Notes: generated by a model from the letters alone, not told the origin. Shown: positions 20,098 to 30,025, counted from the first letter of the stretch. The stretch: DNA of 64,000 nucleotides from an uncultured virus (IMG/VR IMGVR_UViG_3300032069_000001) (IMGVR_UViG_3300032069_000001:33214-97213); one strand, 5' to 3'. Program-made: numbers and translations.

Positions 20098-20376
20098 ATG
20101 ATTAAAATAGCGAACAGCAATAAGAAAATAATTGCGACGGGTAATATGAAAATAAAGAACTCAATGATTGGCGGGATTGATGAAACGAAACAGCTTGCTA
20201 TTGACATAATTGACGAATTTGAGAACTTGCTTGACGAAAAGAATATTACGATACCGAGCCGAGACCGTGAAGGCGGGAAAGACGAAGCCAGAATATACGG
20301 CGAGGAGTATTACAATCTTGAGGATAGCATTACTAATATTCTTAAGAAAAATCTTAAAAGGGGGGCAATAAAATGA
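20098..20376 (+). CDS. hypothetical early protein
   Basis: cassette RBS. Confidence 0.6.
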   Translation: MIKIANSNKKIIATGNMKIKNSMIGGIDETKQLAIDIIDEFENLLDEKNITIPSRDREGGKDEARIYGEEYYNLEDSITNILKKNLKRGAIK

Positions 20377-20711
20377 AAAATGAAAAGTGGGTAAAAATTG
20401 GGGAGTGCGGTGTTGACAGCGGGCAACTAATGATTGTTGACCCTTGCTATGTAAAAGATTTTAGAAATGACAGCTACACAGGGAAAAAAGACCGAGACGG
20501 TATGGCAGGGGAATTTTCTTACAGCGGTATTTGCGGGCTAACGATAGGCAAAGAAATGGGCGGGCAGATTAAGAATAAGATTGGAGCAGAGATTGCCGTT
20601 GCCTTTAGTAGCGGTTGGGGCGACGGTGTTTATCCTGTTTATGCGAGGATAAAAGATTTTGGAAAAGACGGCGGGAAAAGAGTAATAGAAGTAAAAATTG
20701 TAATGGAATAA
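20373..20711 (+). CDS. DUF4241-like protein
   Basis: GVDSGQLMIVDPCY and FSSGWGDGVYPVY. Confidence 0.7.
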   Translation: MKNEKWVKIGECGVDSGQLMIVDPCYVKDFRNDSYTGKKDRDGMAGEFSYSGICGLTIGKEMGGQIKNKIGAEIAVAFSSGWGDGVYPVYARIKDFGKDGGKRVIEVKIVME

Positions 20712-20724
20712 GGGGGTGGTTAAA

Positions 20725-21051
20725 ATGGAGCATACAGACGCAGTATATACGTATGAAGCCATTGCTAAAAAGGTTGGGCTTGACGAACTGACTACCTTGC
20801 GATACCTTAAGTTTATGAAAACAAGGTGGGCAGACCAAGAGGAACAGCATTGTAAATGCAGTTATGCGACCGAGTGGGCAAAAAGATTTAAGAGGAAAAG
20901 CGAATTTTCTGATGCCGACACAAGCGGACAGCAGACGTTGCTTGCGATTGACGCCGAGATAACGAAAGAAAGGTGTAAAGGATTGAAAGTTATTAAAACA
21001 AAGAAAGAAAATAAGAAACAAAAAGGGGGTGGGTGCAATGAAAAAAATTGA
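20725..21051 (+). CDS. hypothetical early protein
   Basis: cassette RBS. Confidence 0.55.
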   Translation: MEHTDAVYTYEAIAKKVGLDELTTLRYLKFMKTRWADQEEQHCKCSYATEWAKRFKRKSEFSDADTSGQQTLLAIDAEITKERCKGLKVIKTKKENKKQKGGGCNEKN

Positions 21052-21313
21052 TGGATATAGTTTTACTCTCTTTTCAATTATTTTCTTTTACATAAGCTAT
21101 CGGGGTGTTGGCATTGCCTTAACGATATTTGATTTTACCTTAAGTATTGGCTATGACAAATACGAGGGCTTGCTATTTAACACTACGGCACAAGAAAATC
21201 AAATGCGAAAATGGAAAGAGCAGGAAAGAAAGGAGCGAGCGGAAAGAGACAAGAAGCTTTATGGAAATACCGAGTGGAAGCCCGAGCCGTTTGACCCTAA
21301 AAAAAGGAGATGA
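21038..21313 (+). CDS. hypothetical early protein
   Basis: cassette-like RBS; hydrophobic N-half. Confidence 0.5.
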   Translation: MKKIDGYSFTLFSIIFFYISYRGVGIALTIFDFTLSIGYDKYEGLLFNTTAQENQMRKWKEQERKERAERDKKLYGNTEWKPEPFDPKKRR

Positions 21314-22059
21314 TTGGTATGGATAAACTTATAACGCTTAAGAACGACATAAGAACTGTTTTTGTTGGAGACATACACGGAGACCTGATAACGTTAAACA
21401 AGGTTTTTAATCGTTATAACGTAGGAGATACCCGCTTTGTCTTTTTGGGCGACTACATTGACAGGGGAGAATATTCAAATGACGTTGTTGCTACGTTGCT
21501 TCAAGGTAAACAGATATTCCCCGACAGAATAATAATGCTACTTGGTAATCACGAACTTGGCGACTGCGGGGATTTTTGGTTTGATGAACGTTGCAATAAA
21601 TACAAGGAACTATTTAAAAGCTTGCCGTTAGCGGTTGAACTTGGAAACATTGTTGCAACGCACGGAGCTATCCCTATTCTTAATAATATTAAGAATTTTA
21701 ACGATATAGGTGTTAATATTGGCTTTGACCCATTACTTCAGATTATTGTTTGGGGAGACCTTGACCATTACGGCTTTGTCCAAAGTGGCATTGATAATAC
21801 GAACGGTTTAAGACCTTGCCTATCAAAGAAATACATTGATGAAGCTTTGGCAAGCATAAATAAGAAAATTCTAATACGAGGGCACGACCCTAAAAATCCT
21901 ACCGTCTCTATTGGTGGGAAATGTTTAACTCTTATGACTAACGACATTTGGGCAGAATATTACAAAGACGCTACGCCTAAAATTGCGGTGGTGGAAGCGG
22001 GGGAAAATCCCGAACAAGCAAGCGACATTAAAATTATTGATTTACAGGGGGCATTATGA
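21310..22059 (+). CDS. PPP-family Ser/Thr phosphatase (metallophosphoesterase)
   Basis: GDIHG, GDYIDRG, GNHE, THG, RGH. Confidence 0.9.
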   Translation: MIGMDKLITLKNDIRTVFVGDIHGDLITLNKVFNRYNVGDTRFVFLGDYIDRGEYSNDVVATLLQGKQIFPDRIIMLLGNHELGDCGDFWFDERCNKYKELFKSLPLAVELGNIVATHGAIPILNNIKNFNDIGVNIGFDPLLQIIVWGDLDHYGFVQSGIDNTNGLRPCLSKKYIDEALASINKKILIRGHDPKNPTVSIGGKCLTLMTNDIWAEYYKDATPKIAVVEAGENPEQASDIKIIDLQGAL

Positions 22060-22063
22060 AACG

Positions 22064-22399
22064 TTAATCAACGACATTAAAATCGTCCAATGGCTCTAAC
22101 CACTTAATAAAAAAATATTCATTTGATTTAATTTTTGATTTTCTATCGTGGTTTTTTATCTTATGGCACATACCATTTGTTTCGCCTTTACGAATTGCCC
22201 ATACATCAAGGCATAATTTTTTACCGTCCAGAACCAACTCAATAAAGTTAATATTCTCTCTTATAAAAAGGGCTAAATCATCTAAAAGTAATCCGACAGT
22301 ATCATCATCTCTTTTGCTTTTAAGAATAAAAGTAGGATTATAAATAGCAACTCCGTCTTTTATTTTGTATCTTTCTTTGTCTCCAAATATTTCTCCCAC
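22064..22399 (-). CDS. hypothetical protein
   Basis: 111 aa; converges on the plus-strand module. Confidence 0.5.
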   Translation of the reverse strand: MGEIFGDKERYKIKDGVAIYNPTFILKSKRDDDTVGLLLDDLALFIRENINFIELVLDGKKLCLDVWAIRKGETNGMCHKIKNHDRKSKIKSNEYFFIKWLEPLDDFNVVD

Positions 22400-22695
22400 T
22401 CTAACCTCAACTTTTCTATTGCGTCTTTTTGCAATATCATATTGTCAACTATTTTTTTAAATAAATCCTTTGACATTTTAAAGTGCTCCCGAAGTATAGG
22501 ATTAAATTTCTTGGGTGGCAATTTATTAGAATACTCCTCAAGAATATTCAACGTCTTGCAATATTCAACCAGATAAAGAGTAGTAATTTGATAATCCTTT
22601 AAGAACACAGTAAAAAAATTGTTTCTTGCTTTAGGAATTTCCACTATCTTGCCTCCGCCATCACCAGAAGATTTTCCAGCATCTTCGTTCTCCAT
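22360..22695 (-). CDS. hypothetical protein
   Basis: AGGAGG RBS. Confidence 0.6.
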   Translation of the reverse strand: MENEDAGKSSGDGGGKIVEIPKARNNFFTVFLKDYQITTLYLVEYCKTLNILEEYSNKLPPKKFNPILREHFKMSKDLFKKIVDNMILQKDAIEKLRLEWEKYLETKKDTK

Positions 22696-22771
22696 TTTGC
22701 CTCCTTTCTTAATTTTATTCTTAATAATTCTTAAAATTTTTTAGGAATTCGTAGGAATTCTGCCCTAATTT

Positions 22772-23149
22772 TTACCCAGTCTTCCTCTCATCACCTTCTC
22801 CGCCCAGATGAAACAACTTCTTAAAAAATCCCTTTTTCGTTTCTACCTTTTCGCCAACAACTGTTCCATCTTTTTTCAAGGAGAGCAAATGAACTGCATT
22901 GTTCTTAAGAGCATTGAGACAGGAATTAGCAACAATGTTCCAAAAGGCATTAGTTAAAAGTAGGTTTTTATCTTTATCAAACTTCATCAAATAGGGATTA
23001 TCTTTCCCCTGCCTTTCCTTGATTAACTGGGAGCACTCAACATCAATCACTTCCGCAAATGGACTTAACACTTCATCAGGTTTTTCTATCACAGGGTTCT
23101 GCACATTTTTTTTCACCTGCGGTATTACTTTTTTATTTGTTCTTGGCAT
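22772..23149 (-). CDS. hypothetical protein
   Basis: 125 aa with RBS. Confidence 0.55.
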   Translation of the reverse strand: MPRTNKKVIPQVKKNVQNPVIEKPDEVLSPFAEVIDVECSQLIKERQGKDNPYLMKFDKDKNLLLTNAFWNIVANSCLNALKNNAVHLLSLKKDGTVVGEKVETKKGFFKKLFHLGGEGDERKTG

Positions 23150-23189
23150 ATTTCCCCCTTTTTTTCTTAAATTTCTTAATAATTCTTAA

Positions 23190-23507
23190 TCACACTACAT
23201 TAAAATCATCTAAATTTTCTACGACCAATGACCCACCAACGTCTTGTGGCGTTCCATCAGAATTTCCCTTTTTGACTACCGAATTATTAGGAATATTAGG
23301 AGCTGAACTCTTTAAAGCTTCAACAATCCTGTCTATTGTTTCCAACACAACATTATGAATTGCTATCGTAGCTTTATGAATATCAACTTTACGGCTTGCA
23401 ACATCATCAAGAGTATTAAGAATAAAAGTTTTTTGCATTGCCATTTCTTTATCCGAATGATAATGAACTTGTCCAACTGCGTCGTCTATCGCTTCTTTTA
23501 AATCCAT
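23190..23507 (-). CDS. hypothetical protein
   Basis: 105 aa with RBS. Confidence 0.55.
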   Translation of the reverse strand: MDLKEAIDDAVGQVHYHSDKEMAMQKTFILNTLDDVASRKVDIHKATIAIHNVVLETIDRIVEALKSSAPNIPNNSVVKKGNSDGTPQDVGGSLVVENLDDFNVV

Positions 23508-23517
23508 AAAAGCCCCC

Positions 23518-23784
23518 TTATTCTACAAACGTTTTATCATCAGTAGTATCACCAAAATATTTACTTCTGACATTGTTTTTCATCTCTTTGTCTTTCTTTA
23601 ACAAAACACCGTGAGACATAAAACCCGTTTGAATTGCCATTCTAACAACACTTGTGCCATAGTATCCTTTTTCTTTTGTGCCACCGCATTTGCACTTCAT
23701 CTTGGACTTGCTATCCGAACTTGAGTGGAAGAACTCGTCCGTAATCTTCCCACACTTTTTGCATTTATACGTGTAAATAGGCAT
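23518..23784 (-). CDS. FmdB-family zinc-ribbon protein
   Basis: MPIYTYKCKKCG...CKCG. Confidence 0.75.
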   Translation of the reverse strand: MPIYTYKCKKCGKITDEFFHSSSDSKSKMKCKCGGTKEKGYYGTSVVRMAIQTGFMSHGVLLKKDKEMKNNVRSKYFGDTTDDKTFVE

Positions 23785-24629
23785 TATCCTCTCCTAATTT
23801 TCTTACAATTATTAAGAATAAGCTTCCTGTGCTTCAAATACCAATGCTTCTGCGTCGCCTTCAATCTTTCCCTCCTGCAATAAAAACAGTATCTTGGTCT
23901 CATTGTGTTATAATCTATTGTCTGACCACACTTTTTACACACCGTAATCTTTACAGTAGGTATCGGTTCTCTCCTTCTTTCACCAACCAAACGTAAATCT
24001 AAATCTGGATTATACCAACAGTCATACTTGGAATGATTGTTTCTATAAATGCTAATAGCATTAACTTCTGGAATACGTTTAGACGGAATAACATAAAAGA
24101 ACTCTATTTCATTATTCTCATCTATTGCCACACAAATAAGAAAATCGCATATCTTTGGGTAATCTCTCCTGACTGTCGTCGTGTTTCCTAATCTTCTTTT
24201 GTATCCAACAAGACTATTCAAACTCTTTGTGCCGTCATCTGCAAGAGCAAAACAAAAGAAAGGATAATCTCTTTGGGCATACTTCCCTCCTTTTTTCATC
24301 ATTACCTTACTTCCCTTGACTTCTATTCTTAATTTTCCTAATAATACGTCGCAGGTTGAGTGAGGGTCTATCTTGTTTAAGTCAACTATTTTTTCGTTTG
24401 GGTATTTATCTTTCAAATACCTAATAGCTATTTTTTCCGCTTGTCTGCCAACACCTTTTAAGATAGTTTTAATATTGTTATCCTTCCGCTTTTGCTGAAC
24501 ATAAGCTTCAGAACAACTATATTTCTCCGCAATTAAAGCGTCTGACAATCCAGCTTTATACTCCTTCTCCAAAACAGAAGGAATAAGCGTCTTTGCTTTA
24601 TCTGATAAATTAACTCCCTTTTTAGCCAT
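23784..24629 (-). CDS. HTH + PD-(D/E)XK endonuclease-like protein with C-terminal zinc finger
   Basis: GLSDALIAEKY HTH; GRQAE..DVLL..IEVK; CKKC..CFYC. Confidence 0.65.
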   Translation of the reverse strand: MAKKGVNLSDKAKTLIPSVLEKEYKAGLSDALIAEKYSCSEAYVQQKRKDNNIKTILKGVGRQAEKIAIRYLKDKYPNEKIVDLNKIDPHSTCDVLLGKLRIEVKGSKVMMKKGGKYAQRDYPFFCFALADDGTKSLNSLVGYKRRLGNTTTVRRDYPKICDFLICVAIDENNEIEFFYVIPSKRIPEVNAISIYRNNHSKYDCWYNPDLDLRLVGERRREPIPTVKITVCKKCGQTIDYNTMRPRYCFYCRRERLKATQKHWYLKHRKLILNNCKKIRRG

Positions 24630-24864
24630 CAACTTTCCCTTGAATATTATTGCACTCATTGTATCTGCCACATTGTATCCCAAGACAATTTACGGCAAAC
24701 ACAACCATCTGCGGAGTATTAAATCCCCCCGCCTTAATGGTGAACTGCATCATAGCTGGGCATACCTTCTTGCCAATCGGAATACGAATATCTACAATGT
24801 TAAATCCACCCGTATCTTCTGGCGGAGGAAGTCCCTTCTCTTTTTCATCATTTTTTCCCACCAT
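24622..24864 (-). CDS. small Cys-containing protein
   Basis: start MVGKN after GGAGG. Confidence 0.55.
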   Translation of the reverse strand: MVGKNDEKEKGLPPPEDTGGFNIVDIRIPIGKKVCPAMMQFTIKAGGFNTPQMVVFAVNCLGIQCGRYNECNNIQGKVDG

Positions 24865-25141
24865 CTTGCCCTCCTTTCTTATTTTTATTAGGAATATTAA
24901 GAACTCTTGAAACATTTTTAGGTAATCCTACCTTCATTAAATAATCTATATGCTCTGCCAAATCATCAACCATTAAAAGCAATTCCTCTACAACAATAGC
25001 TATCATTGCCAAATCAATCACACCTGTCTCGTGTTTCTTATCCAACTGCGTGTAAAGCTGTTTGGCTTTCTCTCTTATATCTTTTAATGTTTTCTTCCCT
25101 TCAAATAATTCCTGTATCTCTTTCAGTTTATTTACGTCCAC
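24848..25141 (-). CDS. hypothetical protein
   Basis: GTG start with GGAGG. Confidence 0.55.
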   Translation of the reverse strand: MDVNKLKEIQELFEGKKTLKDIREKAKQLYTQLDKKHETGVIDLAMIAIVVEELLLMVDDLAEHIDYLMKVGLPKNVSRVLNIPNKNKKGGQDGGKK

Positions 25142-25514
25142 AACTCGCCTCCTCTACGGTCTCCAATGTTCCGTAATTCAACTTCCAGTCATCAGGGTCA
25201 ACAATATTTAAAACTTTAATTACCCTTAAAACAAAGCTATCATTAAATTTTCTTAATACGTAAGTTTCTTTTCTCTCCGCAATGGCGTGGTGCAACTCAT
25301 CATAAACACCCTTGCCAATGTGTTTCTTGTGTTCCATTGCAACAACAACAGAACACGTATCTATTTTTTCCAAATAAGGTTGTATTGAACCAAGCTCACC
25401 CAAATCTCTGTTCGGGCATATTACCTTAAACTTCCCTTCAAGATATTTACGGGCTTCCTTTTCGGTCTGACTTCCATACGAAAGCTTGCTATGTGCAAAA
25501 TAAGCTCTTTTCAT
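25128..25514 (-). CDS. nucleoside 2-deoxyribosyltransferase-like protein
   Basis: YFAHS..VICPN..CSVVV..GKGVYDE pattern. Confidence 0.6.
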   Translation of the reverse strand: MKRAYFAHSKLSYGSQTEKEARKYLEGKFKVICPNRDLGELGSIQPYLEKIDTCSVVVAMEHKKHIGKGVYDELHHAIAERKETYVLRKFNDSFVLRVIKVLNIVDPDDWKLNYGTLETVEEASCGRK

Positions 25515-25693
25515 TTAATCCCCTTATAAATCCGATAGTCGTATCCTTCTCTCAAAAGCACACCATTAAGCATTATAAAATCTCTTTTCTCTATCCTCAT
25601 ATTATTAAACACAACTACTGTTTCATCTGGCTTTGCTTTTTCATCTTTCTTTTTTCTTTCCTTGCTCCCCATAAACCATTTTTTATTCAGCAT
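25511..25693 (-). CDS. hypothetical protein
   Basis: start MLNKK after GGAGG. Confidence 0.45.
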   Translation of the reverse strand: MLNKKWFMGSKERKKKDEKAKPDETVVVFNNMRIEKRDFIMLNGVLLREGYDYRIYKGIK

Positions 25694-26750
25694 AAATTCC
25701 CTCCCACCCACTTACTCTTTCAAGCATAAAAACAACATTCTTATCCCAACGTCCATCGTCCTTTTTATCCATTTTGTCAATAACTCTTTTTTCGTCAACC
25801 AATAATCTCATCATTGCACAAATTTCAGGGTCTAACAACCACCTGTTCCATTTGTCGCTCCACAAACCAAGCTGTGTAAGTCTGGCGAGCGTCCAATTAA
25901 CATTACAATCATTTACTTGTAGCCAGCCATAATCTTTTGTAGTCTTAATAAGATGTTTCTTTAGTTCCTCAAAAGATATTACTACAACCCTTTCCTTTTC
26001 GTCTCCTTTTTCTCTGTAATACAATGTCCAAGTTCCGTCCTTATTCCTAATAGCCCTTTTCCCTGACTTAACAACATATTCGTATGATATTGTTTTCTTT
26101 CCACCCTCAACGACATACCAATCATAATAATCGCTTCCAGTTTTTACCTTCTCTATTTTTCTATTCTCGTCCTCCATTATGTAATTTCCGTATTTATCCT
26201 TAAGATAATTCTGGCAAATAAGTTGAAATGTATAATCGCTTTCTGATTTACCTTCTCCCAACAAACGCAATGCTGTTTGTCTCGGACTTTTAGCATAATA
26301 TTTTATTTCTCCCTTTTCCCATAGTTTCATTGAAGCACTAAAAGCAACGTCAACTGCTGTTTCAAGGTCTTTCTCTTTGCGGTGCATACCCCAAGCCCCA
26401 TACAAACCAATCAAGCGGTCTCTTAAACCAAAACAATAGTTTTTTTTCTTTTCTATCTTTTTATCTTCCTCTTGTTTTTTTATCATATCAATTATATCTG
26501 ATTGCAATTTTATTTTATCATCTTGAACTTTTGAAAGCTTTGCTTCCGTATCATCAATAACAGTAATGGAATTACCATACTTCTTAATTAAATCTGAAAG
26601 GTCTTTACGTATTTTATTAAGCTGTCCCCATTCAAGAACAATAACAACGCAAAGAGCCAAGATAATACCAACCAAAACCAAGCTAACCAAAACCTTAACT
26701 CTTATTAAAGTCTGGACGGCTTTAATGACGGCTCTTATATCAAACATCAA
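25683..26750 (-). CDS. membrane-anchored coiled-coil protein with an interrupted lytic-transglycosylase-like domain
   Basis: N-terminal TM helix; ES, DYGWLQVN and LLDP motifs. Confidence 0.5.
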   Translation of the reverse strand: MMFDIRAVIKAVQTLIRVKVLVSLVLVGIILALCVVIVLEWGQLNKIRKDLSDLIKKYGNSITVIDDTEAKLSKVQDDKIKLQSDIIDMIKKQEEDKKIEKKKNYCFGLRDRLIGLYGAWGMHRKEKDLETAVDVAFSASMKLWEKGEIKYYAKSPRQTALRLLGEGKSESDYTFQLICQNYLKDKYGNYIMEDENRKIEKVKTGSDYYDWYVVEGGKKTISYEYVVKSGKRAIRNKDGTWTLYYREKGDEKERVVVISFEELKKHLIKTTKDYGWLQVNDCNVNWTLARLTQLGLWSDKWNRWLLDPEICAMMRLLVDEKRVIDKMDKKDDGRWDKNVVFMLERVSGWEGIYAE

Positions 26751-27037
26751 ATCTCCTTTTTGCCGTCCTGTTCCTTAAGGAACTTCGCTATGTCTCCCTT
26801 CAACTGCTGAATATATGTTGAGTATTTAATAGCGTTGACTATCGGCTTCCCGCCCTTCCATTCTGAAAGCAAATCCCCAAGATTTTCTCCTTCAAAAATA
26901 AATATAATCTTACGACCGCCGACAACTTCCTTGCCTAAAAGTCTGCACTCCCGAGCCATAAAATAAGCCCCTTCGTAAATGCTGTCGGTGCGATACTTCC
27001 CCGTTTTTCTTACGTCATCAATTTCTTTATCTTGCAT
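26747..27037 (-). CDS. DUF5659-like protein
   Basis: YRTDSIYEGAYF...IFIF pattern. Confidence 0.55.
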   Translation of the reverse strand: MQDKEIDDVRKTGKYRTDSIYEGAYFMARECRLLGKEVVGGRKIIFIFEGENLGDLLSEWKGGKPIVNAIKYSTYIQQLKGDIAKFLKEQDGKKEI

Positions 27038-27061
27038 TTAATCCTCCCGTCTATAATGATT

Positions 27062-27367
27062 TTATTTTTTCTTTTTCAAATCATCTTTTTGTTGCTTATC
27101 CCAACCACCAACGACCCTTATCAAGCCAACCAAACCGACGACTACCATACCGACCGAAGCGTATTGGTTAATATTGCTCTCAAACTTTATGTTGCCTTCC
27201 TGTTGCCAAAAAGATATTCTTGGCGTGGGTATTTGTGCATCAAGTTTTGCCTTCTCTGCGTCTAAAAATACCTTCTTTTCCTCAATCGTCATATCCTCAA
27301 ACTTTTTTAACGGAACATCTTTCTCTGCCATATTGTCCTCCTTCTTCTTAAATATTTTATTGAACAT
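27062..27367 (-). CDS. hypothetical protein
   Basis: 101 aa; alternative start at 27331. Confidence 0.55.
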   Translation of the reverse strand: MFNKIFKKKEDNMAEKDVPLKKFEDMTIEEKKVFLDAEKAKLDAQIPTPRISFWQQEGNIKFESNINQYASVGMVVVGLVGLIRVVGGWDKQQKDDLKKKK

Positions 27368-27495
27368 TGTCCTTACCCCCTTTTTGAACTTTTTTTATTT
27401 CGCATTTCTCGTCTCTATCTGGACAATCCTTACATCTCTTTTTATTCGTCTTAATACCTTTCTTAACGCAAATCGCCTTTTCTTCGGGCATCTCC

Positions 27496-27756
27496 TTACT
27501 CACCCCCTTCTTGAATTTTCATACTCTTAATTTCCTCTGGACTTACATCAGTTAGTTTTAGCTCTTTCGGTTTATCCTGTATTGCGTCCATATCTGCATC
27601 TTTTTTCCCTTCAACCACTCCATTATGAACCATAATCATTACAATCTGCTTGATAAATTCCGCATCTGTTATTATATCTCTTTTTGTTTTTTGTTTCTTT
27701 ATCCAATCATAATCCTCTTGCTGTATCAAAACTTCGTGAAGCGTTATGTAATTCAT
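27496..27756 (-). CDS. hypothetical protein
   Basis: coupled ORF. Confidence 0.55.
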   Translation of the reverse strand: MNYITLHEVLIQQEDYDWIKKQKTKRDIITDAEFIKQIVMIMVHNGVVEGKKDADMDAIQDKPKELKLTDVSPEEIKSMKIQEGGE

Positions 27757-28112
27757 TTCTCCTCCTTTGCTATTTTATCAAAATAATCCTCTGGCTTCAT
27801 ATCCAATACTTTTTCCGCAAACAATCTTAACCCCTTTTTCAATTCTTCAGTAGGTTTTGTATGAACTATATATTGCTTGCTGTCCTCGTAGGTCAATCCC
27901 CATTTTTTTACTAATTCTTTTATCTTGTTTAAATCTGCTCCCAACATTAACGCCTCTAAAACCAAAGTCCAGGCGTCTGCTCTATCATCTGTCTCTATTA
28001 ACCAAACCTTTTTTACAAAAGGACTACTAAAATATTCATCATCACTATCCACAACAACTGGATTTTTACCGATTAAATCTCCGTTAGTATGTAAATAATA
28101 ATACCATTTCAT
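27753..28112 (-). CDS. hypothetical protein
   Basis: WYYYLHTNGDLI; strong RBS. Confidence 0.65.
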   Translation of the reverse strand: MKWYYYLHTNGDLIGKNPVVVDSDDEYFSSPFVKKVWLIETDDRADAWTLVLEALMLGADLNKIKELVKKWGLTYEDSKQYIVHTKPTEELKKGLRLFAEKVLDMKPEDYFDKIAKEEK

Positions 28113-28197
28113 TTTATTCTCCTCCCTATTCTAACGTGTAAAAAAGGAAATTTTAAATCCCACCAACACATTACTTTCCCACCAAATAAAAATTTCA

Positions 28198-28638
28198 TTA
28201 GTTTTCCTTTGCCATTTCCGACAAAATGTATCCCTCTAAATCCTTTTCCTTTTTCTCAAATTTATCTTTATACAATACCCACAAATCAGCACCCACGATT
28301 TTGTTTTTCTTAAGCCACATCAACATATCCTTCCACTTTGGATTACCCCTAAACATCATCATCACGCCTATCGCACCAGGATTGCCATTTGATATTTCTA
28401 CAACAAGTTCCTTTATTTCGTGTATCTCTCTTGAGTTTTCATTGAAGTCATTAACACCCATTTCCTTGCCTTCCTCAAAGACCCAATTCGGTTCTATGTC
28501 TGCCCAAGACCAGCCTTCTTTACCGTCAATATGAATTTTAAAATACGGTTTCTCTGTCGGCATCTCGGGGTGCTTCAACTCCAAAAGCAATTCCTCAATC
28601 TTTTTTGCTATAAGTTTTTTCTCCTCTACGCTGAACAT
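28198..28638 (-). CDS. two-domain hypothetical protein
   Basis: HPEMP..WSWADI followed by a GNPGA..GADLWVLYKD domain. Confidence 0.65.
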   Translation of the reverse strand: MFSVEEKKLIAKKIEELLLELKHPEMPTEKPYFKIHIDGKEGWSWADIEPNWVFEEGKEMGVNDFNENSREIHEIKELVVEISNGNPGAIGVMMMFRGNPKWKDMLMWLKKNKIVGADLWVLYKDKFEKKEKDLEGYILSEMAKEN

Positions 28639-28639
28639 T

Positions 28640-29044
28640 CTACGCCTCCTTTAATGCAAATATTTCTATTTCCAATCTCGGATTTTTCTTATCAATGCTA
28701 AAGTCTATAAATCTCGGCAAGCAATCCTTGTCGTCGTGAAATACCCACTTCTTCATACTATCCTCTGTAAGCTTAAGTAAGTTAGAACAATCTCCGTGCC
28801 TGCCATTCTCCCAATAGACTATAATATTCATTACAAACTTCGTGCCTTTAGGTATCATCATAAAGTCCTGCTTCTGCATTTCGCTAAAGGCATAAATCCC
28901 CATACCCTCTTTCCAGTCTTTTGCTTCCTCTGTTAGCACTCTCCCTGTATAACTCCTACCGTAAGCACTATAACGTGTAGCGTTCTTGTAGCAATGATTA
29001 ACGCTCTCTGGTAAAGGCATTGACAACTTCAATACATCGCCCAT
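28640..29044 (-). CDS. rusA: RusA-family Holliday junction resolvase
   Basis: P.SVN, DCSNLLK..ED, DD, NPRLEI. Confidence 0.85.
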   Translation of the reverse strand: MGDVLKLSMPLPESVNHCYKNATRYSAYGRSYTGRVLTEEAKDWKEGMGIYAFSEMQKQDFMMIPKGTKFVMNIIVYWENGRHGDCSNLLKLTEDSMKKWVFHDDKDCLPRFIDFSIDKKNPRLEIEIFALKEA

Positions 29045-29416
29045 TTACTTAACCACCCACATTATAGGATATTTTTCCTCTTTCTTTTTAATAAGCCACC
29101 CTAAAAAATATACGTGAACATTGATATATATGTTTTCTTTACCGCTACTAACCGTTACGTTTATCGTTATTAAATTCATCTGCTCTCCTTTTTAAAGAGG
29201 AGGCGGGACTTTTAACCGAACCGCCATCAGCTTTTTCCGAAAAGACAAGACGCAAAGTTCAGCTACGCCCGCTTCTCCCCCGTTTCAACATCAACAACAG
29301 CCTTCAAAGAATGAAGTTTGTGATTGCAAACAAAACGAACTTTCTTAATAATCTTAATATTCTTAAGAACATTGTCGTTTAAATGCTTCTTGATTATCCC
29401 TTCCAGGTTCTCCTGG

Positions 29417-30025
29417 CTAATTTCTATTTTTGCGTCCACTTTTTACCTCCTTTTCTTTTGCCACTTTTACAGCTTGCTCTTTTAATATATCGTGCTTATA
29501 CTTTTTAAAGAACGGACAAATATTTCCCCTGTGTATCGGGCAACCCATCTTGAGCCCATCAAGAACCAAGTCTTCGTCGTTGAACAATGTTCCAGTATAG
29601 TTTGGGTTAGACTTCATCTGGTCAACTTCTTTCCTTAAATCACTCCTGCTTAAATCCCTCGCCTTGTCCAACATTTCTTTATAGTTCTTGTCCGTCACAA
29701 CAGGAGCAATCATATTCAACTTCGTCCAATGAATATCCGCCAGCTCTGCCTGCGGAACCTTGTAGGTCTGGATATACATTCTGTAAATTTTCATTAACGC
29801 ATAAACCGTGCTTCTATCAAAACCAATCTCGGGCATACCCAAATATTCCTCAAAGGTGTCTGCCATACTTTCATACAGCTTGCCATCAAATATTTTCACA
29901 AAGGTTTTCCCAAACTCAATAAAGCTTATAACAACAACACGCTTCAACTCCAAAATATGATTATGGAGTTCGTGCATTTCCTCCGCCCGCTTTTGTTTCT
30001 CCGTCTTGTCCAGCTCTTTACCCAT
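29417..30025 (-). CDS. hypothetical phage protein (possibly DNA-binding)
   Basis: TFEEYL..GFDRSTVYALM HTH-like segment. Confidence 0.65.
   Translation of the reverse strand: MGKELDKTEKQKRAEEMHELHNHILELKRVVVISFIEFGKTFVKIFDGKLYESMADTFEEYLGMPEIGFDRSTVYALMKIYRMYIQTYKVPQAELADIHWTKLNMIAPVVTDKNYKEMLDKARDLSRSDLRKEVDQMKSNPNYTGTLFNDEDLVLDGLKMGCPIHRGNICPFFKKYKHDILKEQAVKVAKEKEVKSGRKNRN

Noticed and set aside
29197-29280. tRNA-like or structured RNA (GCGGGCGTAGCT... on the minus strand, 9-bp outer stem)
   Set aside because: No proper T-loop, anticodon arm or CCA end; could be a simple intergenic hairpin. No tRNA was recognised anywhere in the window.
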